From NCBI RefSeq assembly GCF_029067145.1, contig NZ_JAIEFA010000031.1, forward strand, positions 5,613 to 69,612: a stretch of 64,000 nucleotides of DNA, read 5' to 3'. The notes beneath the pieces are model-generated. The model made no database searches and was not told the origin of the DNA. It worked only from the letters and a program-made list of their open reading frames with translations. Position numbers and translations under genes: made by a program. Below are positions 54,796 through 64,000 of this stretch, one piece after another (within the stretch, counting starts at the first letter, position 1; each line of letters opens with the position of its first letter). This stretch comes from Helicobacter sp. (GTDB lineage: Bacteria > Campylobacterota > Campylobacteria > Campylobacterales > Helicobacteraceae).

Positions 54796-55526
54796 TTGAA
54801 AGCGATAGAAAGCGTAGAGTTGTAGTGAACTACTCTTATCATCCTATTTCTCAAAAAATGAGTGAAATCTATCAAGAGTTAGTGAAAAAATATCCACGAC
54901 CACTACCCTTAACAATAGATGAACAATCAGATATTATTGATAAAACCTATCCTAGAATTCTCTCTAATGGTTGTCGATATATTACAGCGGAGGGTTTCTA
55001 TCTAAGTAGTTTAACTCCACCAAGAAAATTAGAGAATAAAGACATTGATTTATTAATAGAGAGAATCAAAGAATATATGGGAGAGGAAGTGTATGAGAAA
55101 TATTTTGTGGGAGTTATCCATCAAAATATACCCGATTGCTTTTATGAAGAAGTTACATCAGAAACATACTGGAAAACCGATTTTAGTACTGATTTTGAAA
55201 AAATCAAAGAATATATGGGAGAGGAAGTGTATGAGAAATATTTTGTGGGAAAGGATGATTTGCCCCCAGGATACAGCCGTTCTTTTAAAGAACGAACAAC
55301 GTTAGGATGGCTTTATGTTAAAGGGGGCAAACCAATAGTTATAAGTATGTCTGCTAGTGGATTAAAAAAGCTCGAGACTACTTATGGACCGCTTACAGGA
55401 GATGAAGGAGCAGGGTTTAGGTACGTTCATAAAGTTTATTCTAAAAAGCTTTCTAATAATATCTTTTACCTAGAAAATGGTAAATTTGTAAAAAGTGATG
55501 AAAAAGACAAGGGAGGAACACATTGA
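54792..55526 (+). CDS. Hypothetical protein with GDEGAGF motif and internal duplication
   Basis: 244-aa AT-rich ORF; IKEYMGEEVYEKYFVG occurs twice. Confidence 0.75.
   Translation: MIESDRKRRVVVNYSYHPISQKMSEIYQELVKKYPRPLPLTIDEQSDIIDKTYPRILSNGCRYITAEGFYLSSLTPPRKLENKDIDLLIERIKEYMGEEVYEKYFVGVIHQNIPDCFYEEVTSETYWKTDFSTDFEKIKEYMGEEVYEKYFVGKDDLPPGYSRSFKERTTLGWLYVKGGKPIVISMSASGLKKLETTYGPLTGDEGAGFRYVHKVYSKKLSNNIFYLENGKFVKSDEKDKGGTH
55064..55250 (+). repeat. Perfect 49-bp direct repeat (55064-55112 and 55202-55250)
   Basis: AATCAAAGAATATATGGGAGAGGAAGTGTATGAGAAATATTTTGTGGGA twice, 138 bp apart. Confidence 0.95.
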
Positions 55527-55600
55527 ATCCTAAAGACTTCATAGAACAAGCTAAAGACTATGCAGATTGTGCTGAAATTCTGCCTATTATTTATGAATAA
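55523..55600 (+). pseudogene. N-terminal remnant of a gene
   Basis: GGAGG RBS; TTG overlaps the upstream TGA; MNPKDFIEQAKDYADCAE then an early stop. Confidence 0.5.
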
Positions 55601-55739
55601 TTTATGGAGAAAATATCAAATTTATGTGAAGCTTCTGTGAGATTTTTGTGATAAAGATTTTATGCAAACCATTTACCATTGATTATTTTTTATGGACTAT
55701 AATTTCAGAGTTTAAATTTTAATTTCAAAAGGATTTTCA

Positions 55740-56282
55740 ATGAAAAAGTTTCTTTGTTCTCTTAGTTTAGCAGCAGCTCTTAGTTTCCCAGCACTTGCAG
55801 CTCCTTATGCACTAGATTCAGCAAACTCTAAAGTAGATTTCTCCGTTTCTCATCTCAAACTCACACAAGTAGATGGCAAATTCAATAAGTTTAGCGCAAC
55901 GATTGATTACGACCAAGCTTCTAGCACTTTAAAAGTCTTAGAGGGTGTTGTGGATATAACTTCAGTGGATACTGCAAACCCCAAAAGAGACGCGCATTTG
56001 CAAGCAGAGGATATGTTTGATGCAAAAAAATACCCCAATATGACTTTTAAAATGACAAAATTTGAAGCAGGTAAAATTTATGGGGATTTAACGATTCGTT
56101 CCACAACAAAGCCTATCGTGCTTGATGCAACAATCCAACCAAATGGCAAAGCTTTAGATATTAATGCTACTACAAAAATTTTAAGAAGTGATTTTGATGT
56201 CTCTTGGCACAATATTTTCAAAGATAATGCTGTGGGCGATGAAGTAAAAATCACTTTAAACCTTAAAGCAAACGCAAAATAA
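55740..56282 (+). CDS. YceI family periplasmic lipid-binding protein
   Basis: Signal peptide; F.VSHL, RDAHL, FDAKKYP, GDLTI. Confidence 0.92.
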   Translation: MKKFLCSLSLAAALSFPALAAPYALDSANSKVDFSVSHLKLTQVDGKFNKFSATIDYDQASSTLKVLEGVVDITSVDTANPKRDAHLQAEDMFDAKKYPNMTFKMTKFEAGKIYGDLTIRSTTKPIVLDATIQPNGKALDINATTKILRSDFDVSWHNIFKDNAVGDEVKITLNLKANAK

Positions 56283-56306
56283 CCACACAACTAACCCAAT
56301 ATAAAA

Positions 56307-56350
56307 CACAATGACAAAAACCTCTTGTCATTGTGAGATTCTGCAAGAAT
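56307..56350. repeat. Palindromic element copy H, possible terminator hairpin
   Basis: CACAATGACAA-aaacctc-TTGTCATTGTG perfect 11-bp stem. Confidence 0.65.
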
Positions 56351-56433
56351 ACAACAACCCCCACAAACAATTAATGCGTTTTTAAAAAAAAAATTGTAAG
56401 ATTAGCTTTTATCTTTGAATATAAGGATTTTCA

Positions 56434-57549
56434 ATGAAAAAGACTTTTGTAGCCCTCTCTTTGGCGTGCGGAATCTTTGCTAGCAATCTTTTAGCAGGAG
56501 AAGTAAAAATCGGTGTCGTTTTACCTGCAAGTGGTGCAGTAGGTGGGTTTGGAGAACTTGGCAAACGCGGAATTGACTTAGCTTACAAGGCACAGAGTAA
56601 AACCAAAAATGGAGATGAGATTAAAATTATCTTTATTGACAATAAGAGCGACAAAATAGAATCCGCAAACGCAATGCAAAAGCTCGTTTCAAGCGACAAA
56701 GTCAGCGTTGTTATTGGTCCTATGATTTCTACTAATGCGCTTGCAATGACAAAAATTGCAGACGATAGCAAAACGCCTCTCATCGCTCCTGTGGCGACTA
56801 ACGACCGCGTAACTAAAGGCAAAAATTTCGTTTCTCGTGTCTCTTTTGCGGATAGCTTTCAAGGACTCATCGCGGCAAATCTAGCTTTCAAAGACTTGGG
56901 CGCAAAAAAAGCAGCGATTTTGTTTGACAATAGCAGTGATTATTCTATCGGGCTTACACGTGCTTTTAGAAATCAATTCAAAGCTTTAGGTGGCGAAATC
57001 ATTATTGAAGCCAATGCTCAAGCAGGAACTAAAGACTTCAAAGCACAAATTTCAAGCATTAAAGCAAAGAATCCCGATGTTCTTTATTTACCAATTTATT
57101 ATAACGAGGGCGCATTGATTGCCGTTCAAGCCAAGCAATTAGGATTAAATGTCCCAACCATTGGAGGAGATGGCTTAGTTTCAAATAAAATTTTCTTTGA
57201 TGTCGCCAAAGAAGCGGGAGAAGGTTATATGGTAACGGATTATTATTCTACAAACTCCAAACAAACCCCCAAAGGCGAAAAATTCATCAAAGATTACAAA
57301 AAAACTTATAATGAGCCTGTAAGCTCCTTTAGCATTATGCTTGCGGACGCTTATGGACTTGCTGTGGCTGCGATTGAACAATGTGGCGCGGAGAATCGCG
57401 AATGCATCAATGATAAAATTCGCAATGCCAAAGATTATGATGGCATAAGTGGTAAATTCTCTTTGCAAAATGGCGAATCTATCCGCAGTGCAGTAATTAA
57501 TCAAGTGCAAGGTGGTAATTTAGTTTATAAAACTACGATTGAACCATAA
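56434..57549 (+). CDS. livJ: Branched-chain amino acid ABC transporter substrate-binding protein
   Basis: Signal peptide, type I periplasmic-binding fold motifs, operon context. Confidence 0.85.
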   Translation: MKKTFVALSLACGIFASNLLAGEVKIGVVLPASGAVGGFGELGKRGIDLAYKAQSKTKNGDEIKIIFIDNKSDKIESANAMQKLVSSDKVSVVIGPMISTNALAMTKIADDSKTPLIAPVATNDRVTKGKNFVSRVSFADSFQGLIAANLAFKDLGAKKAAILFDNSSDYSIGLTRAFRNQFKALGGEIIIEANAQAGTKDFKAQISSIKAKNPDVLYLPIYYNEGALIAVQAKQLGLNVPTIGGDGLVSNKIFFDVAKEAGEGYMVTDYYSTNSKQTPKGEKFIKDYKKTYNEPVSSFSIMLADAYGLAVAAIEQCGAENRECINDKIRNAKDYDGISGKFSLQNGESIRSAVINQVQGGNLVYKTTIEP

Positions 57550-57586
57550 AATTTTATAAGATTCTGTGAATTTTGAGGTTTAAAGT

Positions 57587-58486
57587 TTGGACTTTTTAAC
57601 TTTTTTTCAGCAATGCATTAATGGCTTGAGCTTGGGCAGTATGTATGCACTCATCGCGATTGGCTATACAATGGTTTATGGCTGTTTGCGTTTGATTAAT
57701 TTTGCTCACGCAGATATTATGATGGTAGGAGCATTTCTCGTTTTTTTTGCCATTAGCTCCTTTGATTTGCCTTTTTATGCTGCTGCGATTTTATCTATTG
57801 CCCTATGTGGAATCCTAGGCGTAATGATTGACAAGATTGCCTACACTCCTTTACGCAGTGCGCCTAGAATCTCTATGCTAATTACTGCAATTGGTGTAAG
57901 CTTTTTTTTGGAAAATCTTTTTAATGTCCTCTTTGGCTCTACACCTAGATTCTTTAATGCTCCAGCATTTTTCTCGCAATCTTTAGATATTTTTGGTATC
58001 AGTTTGACCATTATTACATTAATCATTCCATTGGTTACGCTTTTGCTTTTAGGAGGACTTTTGCGTTTTCTCTATCACACAAAGCAAGGAATGGCGATTC
58101 GTGCAAGCGCATTTGATATTAACACCGTGCGCTTAATGGGAATCAATGTAAATCATATTATTGCCATTGTTTTTGCGATTGGTAGCACTTTAGCGGGAAT
58201 TGGGGGAATTTTTTATGCAATTTCTTATCCCACGATTGACCCGCTTATGGGAGTGCTAATTGGCTTAAAAGCCTTTGCTGCTGCGGTTTTAGGTGGAATC
58301 GGAAGCGTAGGCGGAGCGGTGCTTGGAGGCTTTATCTTGGGCTTTACAGAAGTTATGGCAGTAGCACTTTTTCCAGACCTTGGAGGATACAAGGACGCTT
58401 TTGCATTCCTTTTCCTCATTCTTGTATTGCTCTTTCGCCCTGTCGGCATTATGGGCGATTGGCGTTTAGAAAAAAGTCGTTTTTAG
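57587..58486 (+). CDS. livH: BCAA ABC transporter permease
   Basis: GSMYALIAIGYTMVYG..RLINFAH, KAFAAAVLGGIGS. Confidence 0.93.
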   Translation: MDFLTFFQQCINGLSLGSMYALIAIGYTMVYGCLRLINFAHADIMMVGAFLVFFAISSFDLPFYAAAILSIALCGILGVMIDKIAYTPLRSAPRISMLITAIGVSFFLENLFNVLFGSTPRFFNAPAFFSQSLDIFGISLTIITLIIPLVTLLLLGGLLRFLYHTKQGMAIRASAFDINTVRLMGINVNHIIAIVFAIGSTLAGIGGIFYAISYPTIDPLMGVLIGLKAFAAAVLGGIGSVGGAVLGGFILGFTEVMAVALFPDLGGYKDAFAFLFLILVLLFRPVGIMGDWRLEKSRF

Positions 58487-58494
58487 GTTGAAAA

Positions 58495-59679
58495 ATGTTT
58501 AAAAAACTTTACACAAATAGCCCAACAACTGCGACTTTGGGATTCCATTGCAGCATTTATGTATTAGTCATTTGCGTGCTTTTCGCTTCACAAAGTTTGT
58601 TGGGAGATTACGCCTTAAGAATCTTTAACAATATTCTTATTTTTATCATTCTAGCGGTAAGTTACAATCTGATTAATGGTGTAACAGGACAGCTCTCCCT
58701 AGAACCAAATGGATTTGTCGCGATTGGTGCATACATCACCGCATTAATGTTGTTGGATTCGGATTTAAAATGGGGAATGTTTCAGCTAGCAGACCCTCAC
58801 CCTTTTATCTTAAGTATGTATAGTGAGTTATTGCCTGCTCTGTTTTGCAGTGGAATCGTAGCAGCTATCCTTGCGGTTCTGCTTTCTTTTCCTGTATTTC
58901 GCGTGCGCGGGGATTATTTAGCAATTGTAACGCTTGGCTTTGGTTTTATTATCAAAATCCTAGCAATCAACAATCCAGAATGGACGAATGGCGCGATTGG
59001 CTTAAACGAGATTCCAAATAATCACGATTCCATTGTCGGCGCGATAGAAAAGCTGCTTTTAAGTCTTAGCGCGAGTGATTCGCCCTTGCAAGGATTCTTT
59101 CACTTTCTTTATATCCACGCCTTTGGCAATGGAGCAAATATCACGGTCTTTTTTTGGAGTGGAATCTTTGCTACTGCTTCGGTGATTTTAATCCTACAAA
59201 TCGTCTATTCCAAGTATGGACGCGCAATGAAAGCAGTACGAGACGATGAAGATGCCGCAATTGCAATGGGAATTAATACTTTCAAAATCAAAACTTTTGC
59301 TTTCTCCACAAGTGCATTTTTGGAGGGCATTGGAGGCGGATTAATGGCGGTTTGGCTCACCACGATTGACCCAAAAATCTTTGGGTTTGAGCTTACATTC
59401 CAGCTCTTAATCATCATCGTGCTTGGAGGCTTAGGAAGCACGAGTGGTGCGATTTTGGGTGCGATTTTGGTTATCGGCGGAGGAGAATGGCTTAGATTTT
59501 TAGACCAACCTTTAGTCTTTTTTGGAAAGGATTTTGGCTCTTATCCGGGTCTTAGAATGGTATTTTTCTCGCTCATCTTGCTTGTGATTATGCTTTTTGC
59601 TAGAGAGGGTATTATGGGCAAGCGCGAAGTTTGGGATTTGAATCCTACCAAACTAAGATGGTTTAAAAAGGCACAATAA
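58495..59679 (+). CDS. livM: BCAA ABC transporter permease
   Basis: RVRGDYLAIVTLGF, GRAMKAVRDDEDAA, LGGLGS. Confidence 0.92.
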   Translation: MFKKLYTNSPTTATLGFHCSIYVLVICVLFASQSLLGDYALRIFNNILIFIILAVSYNLINGVTGQLSLEPNGFVAIGAYITALMLLDSDLKWGMFQLADPHPFILSMYSELLPALFCSGIVAAILAVLLSFPVFRVRGDYLAIVTLGFGFIIKILAINNPEWTNGAIGLNEIPNNHDSIVGAIEKLLLSLSASDSPLQGFFHFLYIHAFGNGANITVFFWSGIFATASVILILQIVYSKYGRAMKAVRDDEDAAIAMGINTFKIKTFAFSTSAFLEGIGGGLMAVWLTTIDPKIFGFELTFQLLIIIVLGGLGSTSGAILGAILVIGGGEWLRFLDQPLVFFGKDFGSYPGLRMVFFSLILLVIMLFAREGIMGKREVWDLNPTKLRWFKKAQ

Positions 59680-60452
59680 TGGCGATTTTAGAATTAGAAA
59701 ATGTCAGTATTGCCTTTGGGGGATTAAAGGCGATTGATGATGTAAGCTTCAATGTGCAACAAGGGCAAATTTTTGGGCTCATTGGTCCAAATGGAGCAGG
59801 TAAAACAACAATGTTTAACATCATCACTGCAAATTACAAGCCAAACAGCGGAAAAGTGCATTTTTTGGGCAAAAATATCTCCAAATACAAACCAAATACG
59901 ATTGTCCATTTAGGAATCGCACGCACTTTTCAAAACATTCGGCTCTTTAACTCTATGAGTGTGTTAGATAATGTGTTAATTGGCTTGCACAATGAAGCAA
60001 AATATAGTTTTTTTGAAGCAGCTTTTCGCGTAGGAAGGTATTTCAAAGAAGAAAAACGCATTAAGGAAAAGGCGCGGTGGATTTTAGATTATATTGGACT
60101 AGGCAACCAATGGAATGCCAATGCAAACGCATTAAGTTATGGCAATAGTCGTAAAGTAGAAATCGCAAGAGCTTTAGCAACCAATCCAAAACTTTTGTTG
60201 TTAGATGAACCAGCCGCAGGAATGAATCCCAAAGAGACACAAGAGCTTTGCGAATTGATTTTAAAAATGCAAAAAGATTTTGATTTAAGCATTTTGCTGA
60301 TTGAACACGATATGCCCTTTGTCAATCAGCTTTGTGAGCAAGTTTTGGTGCTAGACTATGGCAAAAAACTCTTTAGTGGAACGCCCAATGAAGCGATTAA
60401 CAACCAAGAAGTAATTGCGGCTTATCTAGGAGATTTCTATGCTGCAAATTGA
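59679..60452 (+). CDS. livG: BCAA ABC transporter ATP-binding protein
   Basis: GPNGAGKTT, RTFQNIRLF, LDEPAAG, AAYLG. Confidence 0.93.
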   Translation: MAILELENVSIAFGGLKAIDDVSFNVQQGQIFGLIGPNGAGKTTMFNIITANYKPNSGKVHFLGKNISKYKPNTIVHLGIARTFQNIRLFNSMSVLDNVLIGLHNEAKYSFFEAAFRVGRYFKEEKRIKEKARWILDYIGLGNQWNANANALSYGNSRKVEIARALATNPKLLLLDEPAAGMNPKETQELCELILKMQKDFDLSILLIEHDMPFVNQLCEQVLVLDYGKKLFSGTPNEAINNQEVIAAYLGDFYAAN

Positions 60453-61134
60453 GAATCTACAAGTCCATTATGGCTTGATTGCGGGCTTAAAGGGAATTAA
60501 CTTCCATATTGAAGAACACGAGATTATTACTTTAATCGGAAGCAATGGTGCAGGCAAAACCTCTACCCTTAATGGAATCGTGCATAGCGTCAAAACAAAA
60601 GGTAAAGTCCGATTCTTTGGTGCAAATATTTCCAAGATTCCAACACACAAGATTATCCAACGCGGAATCGCACTCGTGCCAGAGGGTAGGCGCGTTTTTA
60701 CCAACCTTAGCGTAGATGAAAATTTGCGTATGGGAGCGTATCATAATGATGAAAACTTTGAAGTAATGCGCGAAAAAATGTATCGACTTTTCCCGCGCCT
60801 AAAAGAACGTCAAAAGCAAATGGCAGGCACAATGAGTGGCGGTGAGCAACAAATGCTCGCCATTGCAAGAGCTTTGATGAGTGAGCCAAAATTGCTTATG
60901 CTTGATGAACCAAGTCTCGGGCTTGCACCCAAAGTCGTAGGGGAGCTTTTTGAGATTCTTTTAAACTTGCGCGAAAATGGCATTACGATTCTACTTGTGG
61001 AGCAAAATGCCTTTGCCGCACTCAAAGTCGCTAACCGCGCGTATGTGCTAGAAAATGGCAAAATCGTAATGGAGGATTTAGCGGACAATCTTTTGGAGGA
61101 CAAGGACATTAAAAAGCGATATTTGGGGGGATAG
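60439..61134 (+). CDS. livF: BCAA ABC transporter ATP-binding protein
   Basis: VPEGRRVF, SGGEQQMLAIARALM, DEPSLGLAP. Confidence 0.93.
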   Translation: MLQIENLQVHYGLIAGLKGINFHIEEHEIITLIGSNGAGKTSTLNGIVHSVKTKGKVRFFGANISKIPTHKIIQRGIALVPEGRRVFTNLSVDENLRMGAYHNDENFEVMREKMYRLFPRLKERQKQMAGTMSGGEQQMLAIARALMSEPKLLMLDEPSLGLAPKVVGELFEILLNLRENGITILLVEQNAFAALKVANRAYVLENGKIVMEDLADNLLEDKDIKKRYLGG

Positions 61135-61184
61135 ATTGTGCGTTGCACTCTTACACTTTAGAACAAGTCAAATGGAATCCCAAC

Positions 61185-61820
61185 TTACCGCAAACTCTCT
61201 ATGCGCTCCTTATAATTTCCGCTAAAGACATAGCTACCAGCTACAACAATGTCTGCCCCAGCATTTTTAAGAGATTCTATATTTTTATCACACACACCGC
61301 CATCTACTTCAATGAGGCAATTTGGATTGCGCAACTCTATTTTGTCTTTTAAATTTTTAATTTTATCCAGCACATTAGAGATAAACTTCTGTCCGCCAAA
61401 ACCGGGATTTACACTCATCAACAAAACCATATCTACAAACTCCAACAAATATTCTATGGAGTCCAAATGGGTATGAGGATTCAAAACAATTGCGGGTTTA
61501 ATGCCATATTCGCGGATTTTTTGTGCCAAGCGATTTGCGTGCTTTTCTTCTTCAATGTGAAAAGATAGAAATTCGGGCTTAAAGGGTGCAAAAAGTTCTA
61601 CAAAAAAACTATTGTTTTGCACCATTAAATGAATGTCTAGCGGCTTGCTTGCTGCTTTTGCGACAGAATCTACCACCACAGGACCAAGCGTCAGATTTGG
61701 CACAAAATGCCCGTCCATTACATCAATATGCACGAAATCACAGCCTGCTTCACAAATGGCTTTGATTTCGGATTCTAACTTTCCAAAATCTGCAGAAAGG
61801 ATACTTGGCGCAACAAGCAT
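61185..61820 (-). CDS. rpe: Ribulose-phosphate 3-epimerase
   Basis: APSILSADF, HIDVMDGHFVPN, MSVNPGFGGQ, EVDGG. Confidence 0.97.
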   Translation of the reverse strand: MLVAPSILSADFGKLESEIKAICEAGCDFVHIDVMDGHFVPNLTLGPVVVDSVAKAASKPLDIHLMVQNNSFFVELFAPFKPEFLSFHIEEEKHANRLAQKIREYGIKPAIVLNPHTHLDSIEYLLEFVDMVLLMSVNPGFGGQKFISNVLDKIKNLKDKIELRNPNCLIEVDGGVCDKNIESLKNAGADIVVAGSYVFSGNYKERIESLR

Positions 61821-61944
61821 TAAATCTCCTCAAATCAAAATAAGCTAAAATTGTAGCAAAAAACTATAAATATTGCCCTAAAATAGCTACCAACCTAACA
61901 AAATTAGGCTATAATACGCAAATTTGTTATTTTTGGAGATACAA

Positions 61945-62835
61945 ATGAGGACAAACGCAGAATTGATGCGTGATTTAGAATTGATTTTTGCACGGATTCA
62001 AAGCGCGAGTTTGCCGATTTATGAAACCCTCAAACAAAGTTTAGGGGAATATACACAAAGCACCAATGCGACAGGAGATACGCAGCTAGAAGCAGACATT
62101 CAAGCCGATACGATTCTACAAAATGCTTTCAAAGACTTAGAAATCGTGCAACAAATTTGCAGCGAAGAACAAGAAAATGCAATCAAGCTTCACGATGAGG
62201 GCATTTACAGCATTGCTTATGACCCTTTAGATGGCTCTTCCTTAATGGGAGCAAATTTGAGCGTGGGAAGTATTTTTGGAATCTATCAGGGAGATTTCCT
62301 ACCTCAAAATCTCGTTGCAAGCGCATATATCCTCTATGGTATGGTAGTTGGAATCGGATTTGCCTCTATCCTCAAAGAAGGTGTAGATTATTTTGTCTAT
62401 AATGGAAAAACATTTGATTTACAAAGATGCTTTAAACTTTCGCACAAAGGTAAATTAAATGCAACTGGTGGCACACAGAAAAATTGGAGTCTTTCGCATA
62501 AGGCAAAGATAGAATCCCTCTTTAATGCAGGTTATCGTTTGCGGTATAGTGGCGGAATGGTGCCTGATTTACATCATATTTTGGTTAAAGGTGGTGGGAT
62601 TTTCTCTTATCCTAGCACGAGTGATGCACCACAAGGCAAACTTAGAATGCTTTTTGAAGTTTTCCCTTTTGCCTTTATCTTTGAAAGAGCAGGCGGTGGC
62701 GCGGTCTGCGTGAATGAAAATGCACACAATATAACAGAGGTAAAACGTCTTTTGGAACTAACGCCCAAACATTTACACGATACAACACCCTGCTTTTTTG
62801 GCAGCTTGGAGGAAATAGAATTTGTCAGCAAATGA
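61945..62835 (+). CDS. fbp: Fructose-1,6-bisphosphatase class 1
   Basis: YDPLDGSS, RYSGGMVPD, GKLRMLFE. Confidence 0.95.
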   Translation: MRTNAELMRDLELIFARIQSASLPIYETLKQSLGEYTQSTNATGDTQLEADIQADTILQNAFKDLEIVQQICSEEQENAIKLHDEGIYSIAYDPLDGSSLMGANLSVGSIFGIYQGDFLPQNLVASAYILYGMVVGIGFASILKEGVDYFVYNGKTFDLQRCFKLSHKGKLNATGGTQKNWSLSHKAKIESLFNAGYRLRYSGGMVPDLHHILVKGGGIFSYPSTSDAPQGKLRMLFEVFPFAFIFERAGGGAVCVNENAHNITEVKRLLELTPKHLHDTTPCFFGSLEEIEFVSK

Positions 62836-63124
62836 AATAGAATCTGCACTTAAAGAAATAAAAGACTGCCAAACAAACCACAATACGACAAGCTGTATGT
62901 TTTGCAAAAGCGTGGCGGATTGTGCCAAAAAAAATGATTTTGAGCAAAAAACGCAAGACAATCTCACGCAACAACTTACTGCACTTCAATCCTGCCAAAA
63001 AAGTAAGGGATTCTCTAGCTGTTTAAATTGCGCAGAATTATTAGAATGCTCCGTGCGAAATGGATATGTAGCCGCAGTTTATTTGAGTATGAATAGAGGA
63101 AATGGAGGCAGCTTTGAGTTCTAA
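62822..63124 (+). CDS. Conserved Cys-rich hypothetical protein between fbp and metG
   Basis: Two CQ..SC..C..C repeats; YLSM..G.GG.FEF C-terminus. Confidence 0.8.
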   Translation: MSANEIESALKEIKDCQTNHNTTSCMFCKSVADCAKKNDFEQKTQDNLTQQLTALQSCQKSKGFSSCLNCAELLECSVRNGYVAAVYLSMNRGNGGSFEF

Positions 63125-64000
63125 ATTTTATATTACATCGCCGATTTATTATGTTAATGATATTCCCCACATTGGACACGCTTATACAACCATCATTGTG
63201 GATACACTCGCGCGTTTTGCTAGACTTCAAGGCAAAGAAGTCTATTGCCTCACAGGCACAGATGAACACGGACAAAAAATTGAACAATCCGCCCAAAAAA
63301 AGGGGAGAAGTCCAAAAGAATATGTAGATGAGATTTCGCAAAACTTCAAAAATCTCTGGGACGAATTTGGAATCAGCTATAACCATTTTATCCGCACAAC
63401 AGACGATTACCACATTCAAACTGCACAAGAAGCTTTTTTGAAAATGTTTGAAAAAGGAGATATTTATAAAGGCAAATACGAGGGACATTATTGCATTTCT
63501 TGTGAATCCTTTTTTACAAAATTTCAGCTTGTAGGTGAGAATCGCTGTCCAGATTGTGGCAAAGAAACCACCTTATTGCAAGAGGAAAGCTATTTCTTTA
63601 AGCTTAGTGCGTATCAAGAGAGACTTTTAAGGTTTTATGAGGAGAATCCAAACTTCATCTTGCCGAAATTTCGTCGCAACGAGGTGATGAACTTTGTAAA
63701 AGAAGGGCTAGAGGATTTGTCCATTACACGCACAACTTTTGATTGGGGCATTAAACTCCCTCAAAGCCTCATTCAGCAAGACCCTAGCAATGCAAAACAT
63801 GTAATGTATGTATGGCTAGATGCATTAATAAACTATCTAAGCGCACTTGGATTCTATAATGATTTGGAGGATAGAAAAGACTTTTGGGCGGCAAATTATC
63901 ATATCGTGGGAAAAGACATTTTGCGATTCCACGCAATTTATTGGCCCGCATTCTTGATGAGCCTAGATTTGCCTCTGCCGCACCACATCGCAGCGCACGG
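63114..64000 (+). CDS. metG: Methionine--tRNA ligase, 5' part (runs off the window)
   Basis: TTG start; FYITSPIYYVND.PHIGHAY, GTDEHGQK, YVWLDAL, GKDILRFH. Confidence 0.96.
   Translation, partial: MSSKFYITSPIYYVNDIPHIGHAYTTIIVDTLARFARLQGKEVYCLTGTDEHGQKIEQSAQKKGRSPKEYVDEISQNFKNLWDEFGISYNHFIRTTDDYHIQTAQEAFLKMFEKGDIYKGKYEGHYCISCESFFTKFQLVGENRCPDCGKETTLLQEESYFFKLSAYQERLLRFYEENPNFILPKFRRNEVMNFVKEGLEDLSITRTTFDWGIKLPQSLIQQDPSNAKHVMYVWLDALINYLSALGFYNDLEDRKDFWAANYHIVGKDILRFHAIYWPAFLMSLDLPLPHHIAAH

Overview
A 64-kb chromosomal segment of an epsilon-proteobacterium, most likely an enterohepatic Helicobacter. This is inferred from protein sequences and gene order (pglG/cheY-prmA-ftsH-pssA, rpsO-flhA-DHH, fbp-hyp-metG, DUF2443). 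It is mostly housekeeping genes: flgG, mnmA, tRNA-Glu, queH, dnaB, pdxJ, his, leuA, secG-frr-pyrE, atpB, a divergently split trp locus, murB-fliQ-fabI-tpiA, ffh-rpsP-rimM-trmD-rplS, liv, rpe, fbp and partial metG. Main observations: (1) Two separate cassettes share one architecture: a consensus sigma-28 promoter, a decaying signal-peptide gene, then a signal-less protein with EF-hand-like DxxxDG loops; these are candidate flagellum-coexpressed or exported modules. (2) A phosphoethanolamine transferase directly behind flgG is frameshifted OFF at a G9 tract. (3) A glycosyltransferase carries an in-frame (AG)12 tract. (4) A family of palindromic GTCATTGCGAG...GCAATC elements occupies at least eight intergenic sites. 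(5) A collapsed, translationally coupled remnant-gene-remnant locus resembles a toxin/immunity array. (6) GAATC/GATTC is strongly over-represented in core DNA but not in the accessory gene checked. (7) A thiamine-phosphate-synthase-like gene probably starts at ATT. No CRISPR array, rRNA, transposase or integrase was seen. All calls are by eye, without database searches.
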